A stretch of DNA of 64,000 bases from a virus. The stretch is taken from positions 112,871-176,870 of the IMG/VR virus record IMGVR_UViG_3300005529_000023. The stretch is one strand, 5' to 3'. A model generated the notes under the pieces. That model had not been told where the DNA came from. It did not search any database and saw only the letters and a list, made by a program, of their open reading frames with translations. This document shows, in pieces, positions 16,264-26,358 of the stretch (positions are counted from its first letter, which is position 1; the number at the start of each line of letters is the position of its first letter). The position numbers were made by a program, and so were the translations under genes.

Positions 16264-16492
16264 GCTGTGGGTCAGTCGCTACTCTGACTAGTGGGCCTTC
16301 AGCATAGATGCAGCCCAACGCCTGGGTTTGGCTTTTAAGGTTTACTTCGGGATGGCCTTATGACGCCCAAATCCACGTCATACCCGGTCTATTTTCGCTG
16401 CGTGTCTCTAGGAGCACCCCGGTAATTTCCAGGTATTTTAAAGTGCCTAGGCTTTCGCCACATGCTACTCCAGCTTTCCACGCCGCCACAGC
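16264..16492 (-). ncRNA. 229-nt tRNA-shaped ncRNA (family copy 2)
   Basis: GCTGTGG/CCACAGC acceptor-like helix, CG-GCGTGGA...AGACACGC D arm with a large insert, GTCAG-AGTAGCGA-CTGAC T arm; AATCTT motif just upstream. Confidence 0.6.
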
Positions 16493-16533
16493 TATTCAAG
16501 ATTTTACACTATTCGATTTATTTTGAATAGTGC

Positions 16534-17184
16534 TTAATATCGAATAGTGCCCAATTCGTCCAAAATTCCATCTAGTTGACGACGAACATTTTCGATGTCT
16601 TGATTGGCATCAACCAGGAAAAGCTTCTTATAGCCAAGTTCCAAAGCCGACTCATTCATGTGGCGAAGGAAAGAGTCGCGAACCTTCTCCTGGAAAGGAA
16701 CACCCTTCATTTCGATAACGTCCATGCCAGTTCCACGTTTTACGCGACGCGCAAGAGCGGTATCGGTATCGACCTTGAAGTAGATTACCACATCGGGAAG
16801 AAGAGTTCCCTTGCCAACAACGCCCTTATAAAGAGCTTCTGTGAACTCTTGATTGACGTTGTGATCGGTATATGCGAGATGGCTGAACCAACCGCGATCC
16901 GACACAACGAAGTCAGGAGCATCGGTCCTGGCGGACAGGTCTCGAAGCCAGCGATCATTCTCATAGCGCATCGCCGAGAAGATCAACTCCATAGCCTCAC
17001 CGCAGAGGTGGCTATTTGGGTCAAGTACTGTTTCACGTAACTTCACGCAGATAGGAACATTGGGGTTTCCCACTTCGCGAGTTTCAACTACCGATAGGCC
17101 GCGTGCGCGTGCCTGATCAATAAAATACTTTAATCCCGTGGTCTTACCTGCGCCATCTGTGCCTTCAAACTCAATTTTAAGCAT
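16534..17184 (-). CDS. tmk: Thymidylate kinase
   Basis: FEGTDGAGKTT P-loop, TRE.G, SDR, F.EKVR. Confidence 0.92.
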   Translation of the reverse strand: MLKIEFEGTDGAGKTTGLKYFIDQARARGLSVVETREVGNPNVPICVKLRETVLDPNSHLCGEAMELIFSAMRYENDRWLRDLSARTDAPDFVVSDRGWFSHLAYTDHNVNQEFTEALYKGVVGKGTLLPDVVIYFKVDTDTALARRVKRGTGMDVIEMKGVPFQEKVRDSFLRHMNESALELGYKKLFLVDANQDIENVRRQLDGILDELGTIRY

Positions 17185-17298
17185 ATTTCTCCTTTTCCTT
17201 AAATGTCTTAAATACTTATAAAGACGTGATATTTCACGCTCATAAGGGACTTTGTTCCAATCTTTAACTTAGAGTATACCCTATTTGGAGTAAAAACG

Positions 17299-17745
17299 AT
17301 GAGACTTTCCGCAAGACCCCTACTAAATTACAATAGCGCGAATGACTATGACTACGCCAATCAGTGGACTATCAGAGCGGGTGATCCCAACATTCTCTAC
17401 TTCCAATTAGTAGATTTAGATAAGATCCAAAACAATGTTCCACTTCGTTATATCGCGGGAGTGGGCGGTGGTAATCAACCCGATAGCATTGTAGTCACAT
17501 TTCCTTCGATCGATGCCACCTTACAGTTTACTGCCAACGCTACGCAAGATCCCAATGACGGTTCTATTTGGTCTATCACCCTAGACGGCACAAAAACTCC
17601 CCAAAGCGGAAGCGTGCGCTTTCAAGTTACTGAAGGAACCAATATTCGCAAATTCACCGTCATGGCAATGATCGGCGTAGAGAGTCCAAACGACGGATGT
17701 GACGGTGGCATTCCAGACGCCAACACCTTCACCTTCAATCCATAA
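17299..17745 (+). CDS. Putative virion structural protein (beta-rich)
   Basis: 148 aa, AATCTTTAA upstream, GGAG SD. Confidence 0.55.
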   Translation: MRLSARPLLNYNSANDYDYANQWTIRAGDPNILYFQLVDLDKIQNNVPLRYIAGVGGGNQPDSIVVTFPSIDATLQFTANATQDPNDGSIWSITLDGTKTPQSGSVRFQVTEGTNIRKFTVMAMIGVESPNDGCDGGIPDANTFTFNP

Positions 17746-17754
17746 GAGGTTTAG

Positions 17755-18585
17755 ATGGCTAATTTCAACTATGTAAAAAGCTATGGTACAGCCATGTACC
17801 CTGTTCACGCTTTGGAGACTTCCGGTCTCTTAAAGCGTGTTGAGCCATTTCTCACGCCAGAACAGCTAGTAAGTCGTTTTCTGAAAGGTATTCCTCTCGC
17901 ATTTCCAAATGGCGATGTATTCACGCCAGAAGATCTCAAAGACCGTCTTTATTTGGCTCAAAACGAAGCGGAGCTAAGACTCAAAACTACAATCACCCGC
18001 GAACTTCGCCAAGAAAAGCTACCATTCAAGTCCGAAGACTACAAAGCTTACATTCACCTTCAGGCAGAACAAGGTCCGCTTTGTACGATTCACCAGCTTG
18101 CCATTTTCAGTGCCGACAAGAACAATATTTTCGAAATCCCACCAGAATGGATTGAAACATCAAATTTCAGCAAGAGCTTGATCAACGTCATCCCTCTACT
18201 TGCGGCATACGGCGTCAATTCCGTACAGGGTGCGGTTGGCAATGCTGGTATCGCATTCCTTACCGTTATTGATGGTTTGAATTGGGTTCCTGCTTATTGG
18301 CAAATTCAGTACACAAGCGGATTATCGAATCAAGAAGGTAAGGTACCAGCCATCGTTAACGAGTATATTGGCTGTATCGCGGCTATCGCAATTCTCAGTG
18401 AAATTGCGCCTAGTTTCATTTATAATAGCCAGAGTCAGACACAAGACGGCATTTCTCAGTCCTCAAGCGGTCCTGGCCCAAGAATTTACATGCTTCGCAT
18501 CGAAGAACTTACCAAGAAACAAGACGACCTAGAACGAAAGATCAAAACTATCTTCAACCAGCGCTTTAAGATCGGAAACTTCTAA
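17755..18585 (+). CDS. Putative head completion / head-tail adaptor protein
   Basis: 276 aa; position after the capsid genes; C-terminal S.S.DGISQS.S motif followed by a coiled coil. Confidence 0.55.
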   Translation: MANFNYVKSYGTAMYPVHALETSGLLKRVEPFLTPEQLVSRFLKGIPLAFPNGDVFTPEDLKDRLYLAQNEAELRLKTTITRELRQEKLPFKSEDYKAYIHLQAEQGPLCTIHQLAIFSADKNNIFEIPPEWIETSNFSKSLINVIPLLAAYGVNSVQGAVGNAGIAFLTVIDGLNWVPAYWQIQYTSGLSNQEGKVPAIVNEYIGCIAAIAILSEIAPSFIYNSQSQTQDGISQSSSGPGPRIYMLRIEELTKKQDDLERKIKTIFNQRFKIGNF

Positions 18586-18594
18586 GAGGTTTGT

Positions 18595-19407
18595 ATGGAA
18601 AGTACATTACTTGATCTAGTCAAAGCTGAAAACCCTGAGGCGTACAAAAAGATCGCTGAAAAGGGTTTGATGCTCGCATACCCAGCCACTATCAGAGGTA
18701 AGACTCATAGACCCGACATTGGCATGCGCTATCACACTACAATCAAGATGTTCGATTCAGACAAGGAAACTCCAGAATCTGTCAGTGGCCATGTTGAAAA
18801 ACTGGACTATCCTAGTATCGACCCAAGAAAAGTGAGGGTCTCTCCGGCCGTACTAAAAGATCGCTTCGGTAATGACACGTACGCGATCAAACTTCAAGGT
18901 GAACATGATTCTCACATCCAGGAGAATAGAAAGAAACTTCAACAGTTCGGTTATCCTGGACATAAAATTGATCACCCTTCTCACATCACGGTAGATAAAA
19001 AGACGTTTGATGAAGTCTTCGCGAAAAAGCCAACTACCGCCCATGAAGCCGGTATTACATGGGGTCCAGCAGAACTTCGTGCGGGACACAAGGTACTTGA
19101 TATCTACCATTCCAAGGAAGAGTCACACGAGAAGTTAGCAGCTTCTGAAAAGCATCTAGACACTTCTTCCATTCGCACTCTTATCATTATCACCCCAGAG
19201 CTTCAGCCACACATGAAGGCTCTTGCTCTAGACGACAAGATTCTAAAAAACTATGTCGAAGATCATCCTGTTTTGGCTAAATCGCTAGTTGAAAGACAGG
19301 ACAAAAGATTTGAACACCACTTTGGTGAAGATATTGAACTCATCAACATCGCTTGGACAAGAGGTCTAGGCGAAGCATATAAAGTTTTGAATAACAGAGG
19401 AAAGTAA
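18595..19407 (+). CDS. Hypothetical virion-module protein
   Basis: 270-aa ORF tightly packed in the late operon. Confidence 0.65.
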   Translation: MESTLLDLVKAENPEAYKKIAEKGLMLAYPATIRGKTHRPDIGMRYHTTIKMFDSDKETPESVSGHVEKLDYPSIDPRKVRVSPAVLKDRFGNDTYAIKLQGEHDSHIQENRKKLQQFGYPGHKIDHPSHITVDKKTFDEVFAKKPTTAHEAGITWGPAELRAGHKVLDIYHSKEESHEKLAASEKHLDTSSIRTLIIITPELQPHMKALALDDKILKNYVEDHPVLAKSLVERQDKRFEHHFGEDIELINIAWTRGLGEAYKVLNNRGK

Positions 19408-19408
19408 G

Positions 19409-19915
19409 ATGCAAATTACTCCAAACGAAATTGACACCGTAGAGCATGCCGGGGAACTGAATAAGAACCCTGTCAAAATGGTCCGAACCAAGGGCGGTTT
19501 CTGGATCGCCGTTGGTCGTCCAAAAGGAAAGCAGCGCGAGGAAGCTCTAGCAGCCGGCAGTCACCCTGCCATTGTTCGTTATAATCTAGAAAAGCAGTAT
19601 GAAGATTTTCAACCTGCGATGATGAAAAGCGAACTGTTGCAGGACAACTCCGTAGTTGAAAGTCACTCGCATTACCTTAGCGATTCACTTCGTAAGTCTG
19701 GTCATGACATCTACTCTGTTCAAAACGGTAACGATGTAGAATTTCACATCACTAAGCAAAATATGAAAGTTTCTACGGTTCCAGGGAAAATCGAAAACGA
19801 TTCATTAGTTCTTAAGGAACTCAACATTCCCAGAGAATTCAGCAAGGCCATGGCCGGTGCCACAGTTGAAAAGGCGATGGGATGCAAAGTAGGACTAAAG
19901 CTAAAGAGTAAGTAA
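19409..19915 (+). CDS. Hypothetical virion-module protein
   Basis: 168-aa ORF in the operon; MMKSE motif. Confidence 0.65.
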   Translation: MQITPNEIDTVEHAGELNKNPVKMVRTKGGFWIAVGRPKGKQREEALAAGSHPAIVRYNLEKQYEDFQPAMMKSELLQDNSVVESHSHYLSDSLRKSGHDIYSVQNGNDVEFHITKQNMKVSTVPGKIENDSLVLKELNIPREFSKAMAGATVEKAMGCKVGLKLKSK

Positions 19916-20269
19916 ATGTGCATTAAAATCGTCCGAACCAAAGAAGAACTTGTTTATGATTCCTCGAAGCCCATCGAGGAACAGATCCGTGGCGCCAAAC
20001 AGATCGTCATCAACTATGAACCATCCGATCCTGATTTGAACAGGTTTTTGGACGAGGTTGAAAGGCTTTGTAAGACTGGCGTTAGCGCACAGATGAATAT
20101 CAAAGTGGTCCACAATGACTATCTCAATGGTGCTAAGACTAAAAAAGAAATATTGCATATGGTCAATGACCTGAAATTCAACGAAGTAATTAAGGCTATG
20201 GTTAAAGGCCAACATGAAACCGACAAGAGACTTGAGGAACTACTCAATCTCTGCCGAGTTAGCAAATAG
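19916..20269 (+). CDS. Hypothetical protein
   Basis: 117-aa ORF abutting the upstream stop. Confidence 0.6.
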   Translation: MCIKIVRTKEELVYDSSKPIEEQIRGAKQIVINYEPSDPDLNRFLDEVERLCKTGVSAQMNIKVVHNDYLNGAKTKKEILHMVNDLKFNEVIKAMVKGQHETDKRLEELLNLCRVSK

Positions 20270-20283
20270 GATATATAACAGGT

Positions 20284-21207
20284 ATGTCAAAGAGGCCCGC
20301 AGACGGCACGCAGACCGACACTATCAGTAGATTCAGCCCACAAGTGCAAGAATCCTTTGATCTCAAAAAACTAGACGGTTTCGTTACCGGACTAGGGGTG
20401 GACTTTCTTCACTACCGAGCCATGCCTAGTCCTATCGGGAAAAAAGACCGTGGAGACTACCGCAGAGAAGACGGAGTGGACACAATTACTTCCAACGGCA
20501 TGATCTACACCTGCGCAGGTAAGTTCACAGGAACTATGACCGACAACAGTCGCGAACAGAAACGTTCAGCTGGCGGAGTTCTAGATCCTTCTGAAGCCAG
20601 ACTTGTAATGCCCCGCTTCTATAATTCTTGCACGGGAATGTCTGACGCTGATCGTATCTATTTAATGCCTGGTGACCGCCTCTATGTCGCTGACAAAGAC
20701 GCCGATGTTCTCGTAGCTAATGCGCAAGAAATTGATTATGACCCCGACAGAGACAATGAAGCTCTCTATCCCATCGTCAAGATTCAAGACATCGTTGATA
20801 GTCGCAATCAACCCTTCACATGTGGAACCGATTTCGAAATCACTCCAATGGGCAACATCCGTTGGATCGCAGGTGGAAGAAATCCCGGCATAGACAACGA
20901 TACCGGCAAAGGTCGCATCTATTCAGTCAGGTATTTATACAAAGCCTTTTACTACGTCGTAGCACTCCCAAAAGAAGTTCGCGTAACGAACGTCACTACT
21001 GCTGGAGTGAGAGCACCTGAAAGAATGGCTTATCACGCTATTATCGTTAGGGAATACATTTTCCACAATCAAAACAGGGGCGATAAACAGAATCAAAATC
21101 AGCCCAAGCAACCTCAAAGAGCGGATGCGCCTCCTACTGAATCCACCAATCCCAATAGGTATGCGATTCCAGTGGATATGTCCACTATTTACGAGGGAGA
21201 CGAATAA
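20284..21207 (+). CDS. Putative head-tail joining / neck protein
   Basis: 307 aa in the neck module, beta-rich. Confidence 0.5.
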   Translation: MSKRPADGTQTDTISRFSPQVQESFDLKKLDGFVTGLGVDFLHYRAMPSPIGKKDRGDYRREDGVDTITSNGMIYTCAGKFTGTMTDNSREQKRSAGGVLDPSEARLVMPRFYNSCTGMSDADRIYLMPGDRLYVADKDADVLVANAQEIDYDPDRDNEALYPIVKIQDIVDSRNQPFTCGTDFEITPMGNIRWIAGGRNPGIDNDTGKGRIYSVRYLYKAFYYVVALPKEVRVTNVTTAGVRAPERMAYHAIIVREYIFHNQNRGDKQNQNQPKQPQRADAPPTESTNPNRYAIPVDMSTIYEGDE

Positions 21208-21264
21208 ATTGTATCGGGCAAAGCAATCTTAAAACAGGAATAACTATAAGGAAGTAAAGGATTT

Positions 21265-21708
21265 ATGAAAAATATTCGCAATATTCCAGGACACAATGTT
21301 CAAGACCCAGCAATACTCCACAACCTAGAGTACAACGATGCTGCGGGTTCGAAAAAGGTATCAGAAGTAGGTAGACACCTAATTCCAGTTCCTTACATCA
21401 ACTCCGGCTCTCTTGCTTTCAAGACGGACCTATCGGCTGCCGCACAGGCACTCCCACAGCCAGGACTATGTTTAGCTATTTACAACAACTCCGCTTCTCT
21501 AGGATCAGTTACACTTGGGGAAGATGGCACCATCACTTCACTAGCCCCAGGAGTTACTGATGGCAGTGGGCACGTTGGTGTTCCTTGTAAACCAAACGAC
21601 TGGACGTATGTTGCTTGCGGGTCACAGCAGTGGGCAATTACTAGCGCGTCCACTCTACTTGTTTTCATTATCGACGACAACACTACTGTCAAAACTGAAG
21701 TCAAGTAA
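21265..21708 (+). CDS. Putative virion structural protein
   Basis: 147 aa, AATCTTAAA upstream. Confidence 0.55.
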   Translation: MKNIRNIPGHNVQDPAILHNLEYNDAAGSKKVSEVGRHLIPVPYINSGSLAFKTDLSAAAQALPQPGLCLAIYNNSASLGSVTLGEDGTITSLAPGVTDGSGHVGVPCKPNDWTYVACGSQQWAITSASTLLVFIIDDNTTVKTEVK

Positions 21709-21722
21709 GAGGGACAGCTGCC

Positions 21723-22766
21723 GTGTCTAACGCCGAACTCTTTCTAAAGAAAACTCTGGGCGAGGACTTTATGGAGTCCTTAGCCAAGGTTGAACTTTGG
21801 AAACCGGGTACCAGAAGTACCATCGATCATGAAGAGCTTAAAACAGCTCTACAGATCGTGCCACGTACTGTTATGTCGCTACTCATTCGTGAGCTTGCGC
21901 CTATGGCTGTTGGAGAAACTAAAGAAGTAAACCTTTTCGTTGCCGGCAACGCTATGATGCGCGTCACCAAGCACGAGCGCGACGTATATTCTGGTGAAAT
22001 AGAACAGGACAATAAGAAAGTAGTCGATTTCAAATTCCGCGCTCTTCCCGGCGTCGGCCTTGTCATTATGAGTGCATTTGAACTCTACGACATGGAAAAC
22101 CTAATCAATGCTTCTGACCGTAACATGCAAAATCCTATGGTAGAAGATGCCGAAGCCAAAGTACAAAGGATGATCGACGAACGTATTTCCATGACCGATC
22201 TAGTCAACAAAGTTGTTGATAGGAAGATGATGGAGCGTCAGGCTATTCACGAAATGATGATGACTAAGCTCACCGATGAACTTCAGGCAATGAAAAGCAT
22301 CGCTGCAGCACAGCAAGAAGTGATTATTGATCACCAAAACAAGCATCGTCAAATTGCGGATCTTCGCGAAATGCAGGAAAGAACTACCCCTCAGACAGAA
22401 GAATACTTCAGGGGAATGACAAACGGACTAGAAGTAGCTAATGCTACAGTAAACAACCATGAACCCAAGTTCGTGGAGCCTCAAAAGAAGGTTCGTCCTC
22501 TCAAGGAATTCCTCGAAGGAAGAAAAAAGAAACCTTCCGAATTTTCGATCCAAGTAGCTAAGGGTGAAACCATTAGCTGCCCAGATTGCAAGAAAAACAT
22601 CTTTGATGGCGCAGTATTCTCAGGCTGTATTTGTCTTGGCGACGACAGAGAAAGAAAAGTGTTTATCAAGAAAAGCGAAGATGGGATCAAAGTTCGCTTT
22701 AGCCGTGGCTGGGACCAGGAAAACATTGAAATGCTCCTAGAAGTGTTGAGGAGGAAGCGTGGCTAA
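21723..22766 (+). CDS. Hypothetical protein with coiled coil and C-terminal Zn finger
   Basis: 347 aa, GTG start; CPDC...CICL. Confidence 0.7.
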   Translation: MSNAELFLKKTLGEDFMESLAKVELWKPGTRSTIDHEELKTALQIVPRTVMSLLIRELAPMAVGETKEVNLFVAGNAMMRVTKHERDVYSGEIEQDNKKVVDFKFRALPGVGLVIMSAFELYDMENLINASDRNMQNPMVEDAEAKVQRMIDERISMTDLVNKVVDRKMMERQAIHEMMMTKLTDELQAMKSIAAAQQEVIIDHQNKHRQIADLREMQERTTPQTEEYFRGMTNGLEVANATVNNHEPKFVEPQKKVRPLKEFLEGRKKKPSEFSIQVAKGETISCPDCKKNIFDGAVFSGCICLGDDRERKVFIKKSEDGIKVRFSRGWDQENIEMLLEVLRRKRG

Positions 22767-24372
22767 GATGTTGTATTTGAGCTACGACGGCGACAACTGC
22801 GGTAAAAAGGTAGGTCGCGCCATCCTGGCAAACGATGAAAAAGCACTACATGAGATCTCAGCCAAGATCGATCTTGGCCATGAGATTGTCAATCATTGGG
22901 TTGCCGAACACGGCGGAAAGAGAATTTCAGGCGGTGGAGACGAGGGATCTTTCAAGATTCCAGAAGAAACTGCTGGGGAGATTGAGTCCCTAAGAAAAGA
23001 CTATCACTATGCGACTGGTATTACTATGTCTGTTGGCATTGGCAATAACCTCTCGGAAGCTGGAAGAGCACTTCTTGCTGCAAAGTTCAGAGGTAAAGAT
23101 CAAGTCGCGCACTTTGACGAAAATGTCGAAAAGGATATTAAGAAAGCACGTCAACGTGTAAAAAAGGGCAAGGCTTCTCAAGATGAAGTGAAGCTTGCAG
23201 AAGCATATCTTGAAAAAGCTGAGGCTCCTATGGAAAAAGAAAATGAAAAGAAGCCAGAAGAGGCTTTAGAACAGGCACCACAAGAAGGTGCTATACATGA
23301 ATCTGAGTGTCCTTATTGTGAAGCTACAGATGGCGTAGATCCAGACCATTGCAAGTACTGCCATGACGCAGATACTGCAGCTGGTCATGATGATTGTCCT
23401 TACTGCAAGCGAACGGAGGTAACGGGCGATGACTGCCCTTACTGCAAGCAAATGGGTGAAACAGCAGGCGATGACTGTCCTTACTGCAAGCGCCCTGGCG
23501 GAGAAGCAGTGGGCGCCGCTGCGCCTGCCGACCTAAGTGCCCCTGGCGCCGCAGCTGCCCTAGAAGCAGAGGCTTGCAAACAAAATGATCTAAATCCTCC
23601 TGGTATTGGCAAACCTGATCCAATCAGAGAAGTTCCAATCGAGGCGGCTCCTTCTAATGCAAGAGCGCTTCCTGAAATGCCACAAAAGCCAGATCCAGCT
23701 GCTCCATCTGGAGATGGTCCTATGGCCGGAATCGATCCAGAAGACAACCACTCTACGGATGCTCTCAAGGCTATTGCTTCTCAAATCGAAGCCGAAGGCA
23801 ATCCGCCAGCTAGCGAAGTAAACGCCATTGATACTACCGAAACAGTAGAAGGTAGTAACATGGAAGGTACCACTTCGCGCCCCGAGGGATACGCACAGAA
23901 CGTTCCTTCCGATATGGGGCTAGGACAGGCCAATAGTCCAGAAGGCGCAATTGAAGGACAGTCACAAGAAGATAGCAACCCTGATCTAACCTCAGTCCTT
24001 CAAGACGGGCTCCAGCAAGAAGCTTCGAGCATTCAAAAAGATCGAGCCGTACAAATGGTTTCGTCTGCACTTCAAGGGTTCAAAGCAAACAAGCAGTATT
24101 TAGAACAGGCAAAACAAGCCGCTCCACAACTCTACCAGTCCACCATCATGATGCTCAAAGCGATGATCGAAATGGCGAAAGCCCTTGGTTTAGGCGGTGG
24201 CGTAGAAGGATCTCCTAGTCCTCTTGACGCTGCGGCAGCGGGACAACAAACGGTAGCCGGTGGAAATGAATGGGACGACCCATTCCCAACACACCCTGAT
24301 CAAGGCGGCGCACAGAAGCCTGGTCATCATGCAGCGGGCCAGGAGGCCGCTGCTAAGGCCCCACAGCGATAA
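22759..24372 (+). CDS. mCpol-like (minimal CRISPR polymerase / GGDEF-like palm) domain fused to CxxC repeats and a low-complexity acidic tail
   Basis: YLSYDGDNCG..., ISGGGDEG, TMSVGIG..L.EA..AL.AAK..GKDQV; three GDDCPYCK-type repeats. Confidence 0.75.
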   Translation: MAKMLYLSYDGDNCGKKVGRAILANDEKALHEISAKIDLGHEIVNHWVAEHGGKRISGGGDEGSFKIPEETAGEIESLRKDYHYATGITMSVGIGNNLSEAGRALLAAKFRGKDQVAHFDENVEKDIKKARQRVKKGKASQDEVKLAEAYLEKAEAPMEKENEKKPEEALEQAPQEGAIHESECPYCEATDGVDPDHCKYCHDADTAAGHDDCPYCKRTEVTGDDCPYCKQMGETAGDDCPYCKRPGGEAVGAAAPADLSAPGAAAALEAEACKQNDLNPPGIGKPDPIREVPIEAAPSNARALPEMPQKPDPAAPSGDGPMAGIDPEDNHSTDALKAIASQIEAEGNPPASEVNAIDTTETVEGSNMEGTTSRPEGYAQNVPSDMGLGQANSPEGAIEGQSQEDSNPDLTSVLQDGLQQEASSIQKDRAVQMVSSALQGFKANKQYLEQAKQAAPQLYQSTIMMLKAMIEMAKALGLGGGVEGSPSPLDAAAAGQQTVAGGNEWDDPFPTHPDQGGAQKPGHHAAGQEAAAKAPQR

Positions 24373-24439
24373 GCCAATTGGGCAACCAATTGGCAAACTC
24401 TCGGCAAAACATACCACGGAACACGTAGCTAGGACGCCT

Positions 24440-24598
24440 ATGCCTCCTGGCGGTGTGAATGCTAAGGGTCAGCAAAAAGTGATCGATCCTAAAACCGGAA
24501 AAACAAGGTGGATTGACAGGAAGTCTGGAATGGTGCAGAGCGCCACAGGGGTTCCAGTTAAGCCTCCTAAGCGAGGCAATGATGCCCCTCAAAATTAA
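24440..24598 (+). CDS. Small basic hypothetical protein
   Basis: MPPGGVNAKG... with AGGA SD 5 nt upstream. Confidence 0.5.
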   Translation: MPPGGVNAKGQQKVIDPKTGKTRWIDRKSGMVQSATGVPVKPPKRGNDAPQN

Positions 24599-25337
24599 GA
24601 TCGATACGAGCGCAATCGCCAAGCAGATGAAAGAGTTCGCTACGGAAGTAGAGCAGGACTTAAGGAAGGGCGTTGCAAATCTCGCAGCTATTACTCACGC
24701 CAAAGTGAAAGAGATGGCGAGTGAGGAATTGAAATCGTCTCGTCAAGAAATGATGGACAACATCGGTTTTGAAGAAGTTGCCGAGGGAGTCTGGATTGTA
24801 AGTATCGCCGAAGACGCACTTTGGATCGAAGAAGGCATCGAAGCAAACAAGGACATGAAGCCTGATTTGCTCAAGAACGCCAAGCACACGTCTAAAGATG
24901 GCCACAAGTATCGCACCATTCCCTTCGATTATGGCAAGCCCCCAACGCAGCTCACTGGTTACGCTCAAAATATAGTTGCTAGGATCAGATCGAACTTGAA
25001 AAAACAAGGCGTACCATTCAAGAAAATTGAAAAGGGTGCAAATGGTCAGCCTCTTACTGGGAAGCTTCACTCATTTGACTTTGGCGGAGAGATTCCTGGA
25101 AAAGGCAATACTCCAGTACTTCAAGGAGTGTCGATCTACCAGACCATCACGAAAACGGGTAACGTCCGACGTGATATATTGACTTTTAGAACTGTCAGTG
25201 GCGGCCCTGCAAGCGCAGGAAAATGGATTCACCCAGGTTTTACCGCCAAGAAGTTCCTTGATCGTGCTCAGGATTGGGCTCTCAAGGAATGGGAAGACAA
25301 GATCCTCCCTGAGATTTTGGGGAAATACGGTAAATAA
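24579..25337 (+). CDS. Putative neck / tail-completion protein
   Basis: Start MMPLKIKID with GAGG SD; position upstream of the sheath. Confidence 0.55.
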   Translation: MMPLKIKIDTSAIAKQMKEFATEVEQDLRKGVANLAAITHAKVKEMASEELKSSRQEMMDNIGFEEVAEGVWIVSIAEDALWIEEGIEANKDMKPDLLKNAKHTSKDGHKYRTIPFDYGKPPTQLTGYAQNIVARIRSNLKKQGVPFKKIEKGANGQPLTGKLHSFDFGGEIPGKGNTPVLQGVSIYQTITKTGNVRRDILTFRTVSGGPASAGKWIHPGFTAKKFLDRAQDWALKEWEDKILPEILGKYGK

Positions 25338-25339
25338 CC

Positions 25340-26344
25340 ATGGCTGGTATTTTTCAAGGCGACATCATCATCAAAACAGCTCTTGAGCTTGGCATCGAAG
25401 ACATGCGCAAGAATCCATGGCTTATTGAGCACATGTTGCTTGATCTGAAAAAGAATACTTACTTCTCTGACAAATACGGTCAGAAACAGATCGATGCGTG
25501 CAAAGAATGGCTCGCGAATAACCAAATCGATGTCTATATGAGAGGAAGAGACGACAAGGATCGTCTTCCATGTGTAACGATCGAGATGGGCGGAAGTTCC
25601 GAAAAAGAAGAAATGAAACACATGGCCGACCAATCTACTGAGAAGGTCGTCCTTTTACCCAACCAGATTAATAAGCCAATCGCTTATGTCCTCAAGCCAT
25701 TCACGATCACTAACTACGACAATACTAGCGGCGAAGTAACAGTCGATCCAAGTATCGATCTAACCAGCGTCGCCCCCGGAATGATTCTCGTCGATCCTAC
25801 TACCGGACAAGGGTACGTCATCCAAGATGTCATTGGAGAGGGTCTTCTTCTTGAACCAGCGCTTGATATCACTGCCACTGTATTCGGGATTGTTCCAGAG
25901 AATCAATTCTACGAAGCCAGGGTAGAGCACTCGTTCTTTCAGGAAACGTACAATATAGGCTGCCACGCGCATGGTGACCCTCAGAACCTCCTATTCCTTT
26001 GGTCCATCGTGAAGTATTCAATTTTACGCTACAGAGAAAGCTTGCTTGAAGCAAACGGTTTCATGGAAAGTTCCGTGAGTAGTACTGAACCAGATTTTGA
26101 CGGTGCCTTCACAACTCCTGGCGGAGAAAAGGCATGGACTCGCGGCATCTCTTTGACAGGCCAAATTGAAAATACTTGGATCAAGTCTCCCCGCCGTATC
26201 ATTGAATCTGTAGGTCTCAAGAAAAAGACAAATACTGGATATATTGGTGGAATTAGCATTATTTCTAACACAGATCCAGGCTTAGACGATAAAAGCCAAG
26301 TGAATTGGTACACCGATACTGAAGAAGAAATTGATAACGAGTAA
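25340..26344 (+). CDS. Putative tail terminator / completion protein
   Basis: 334 aa; LPCVTI motif; position in the tail module. Confidence 0.5.
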   Translation: MAGIFQGDIIIKTALELGIEDMRKNPWLIEHMLLDLKKNTYFSDKYGQKQIDACKEWLANNQIDVYMRGRDDKDRLPCVTIEMGGSSEKEEMKHMADQSTEKVVLLPNQINKPIAYVLKPFTITNYDNTSGEVTVDPSIDLTSVAPGMILVDPTTGQGYVIQDVIGEGLLLEPALDITATVFGIVPENQFYEARVEHSFFQETYNIGCHAHGDPQNLLFLWSIVKYSILRYRESLLEANGFMESSVSSTEPDFDGAFTTPGGEKAWTRGISLTGQIENTWIKSPRRIIESVGLKKKTNTGYIGGISIISNTDPGLDDKSQVNWYTDTEEEIDNE

Positions 26345-26358
26345 CCAATCTTACACTT

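Noticed and set aside
23389-23491. Three ~22-nt direct repeats with short spacers resembling a CRISPR array
   Set aside because: They are in-frame coding repeats (DDCPYCK) with spacers too short, and no cas genes are present.
24372-24440. Programmed +1 frameshift joining the mCpol protein to ORF 24260..24598
   Set aside because: The ATG at 24440 has its own AGGA SD and no clear slippery site is present.
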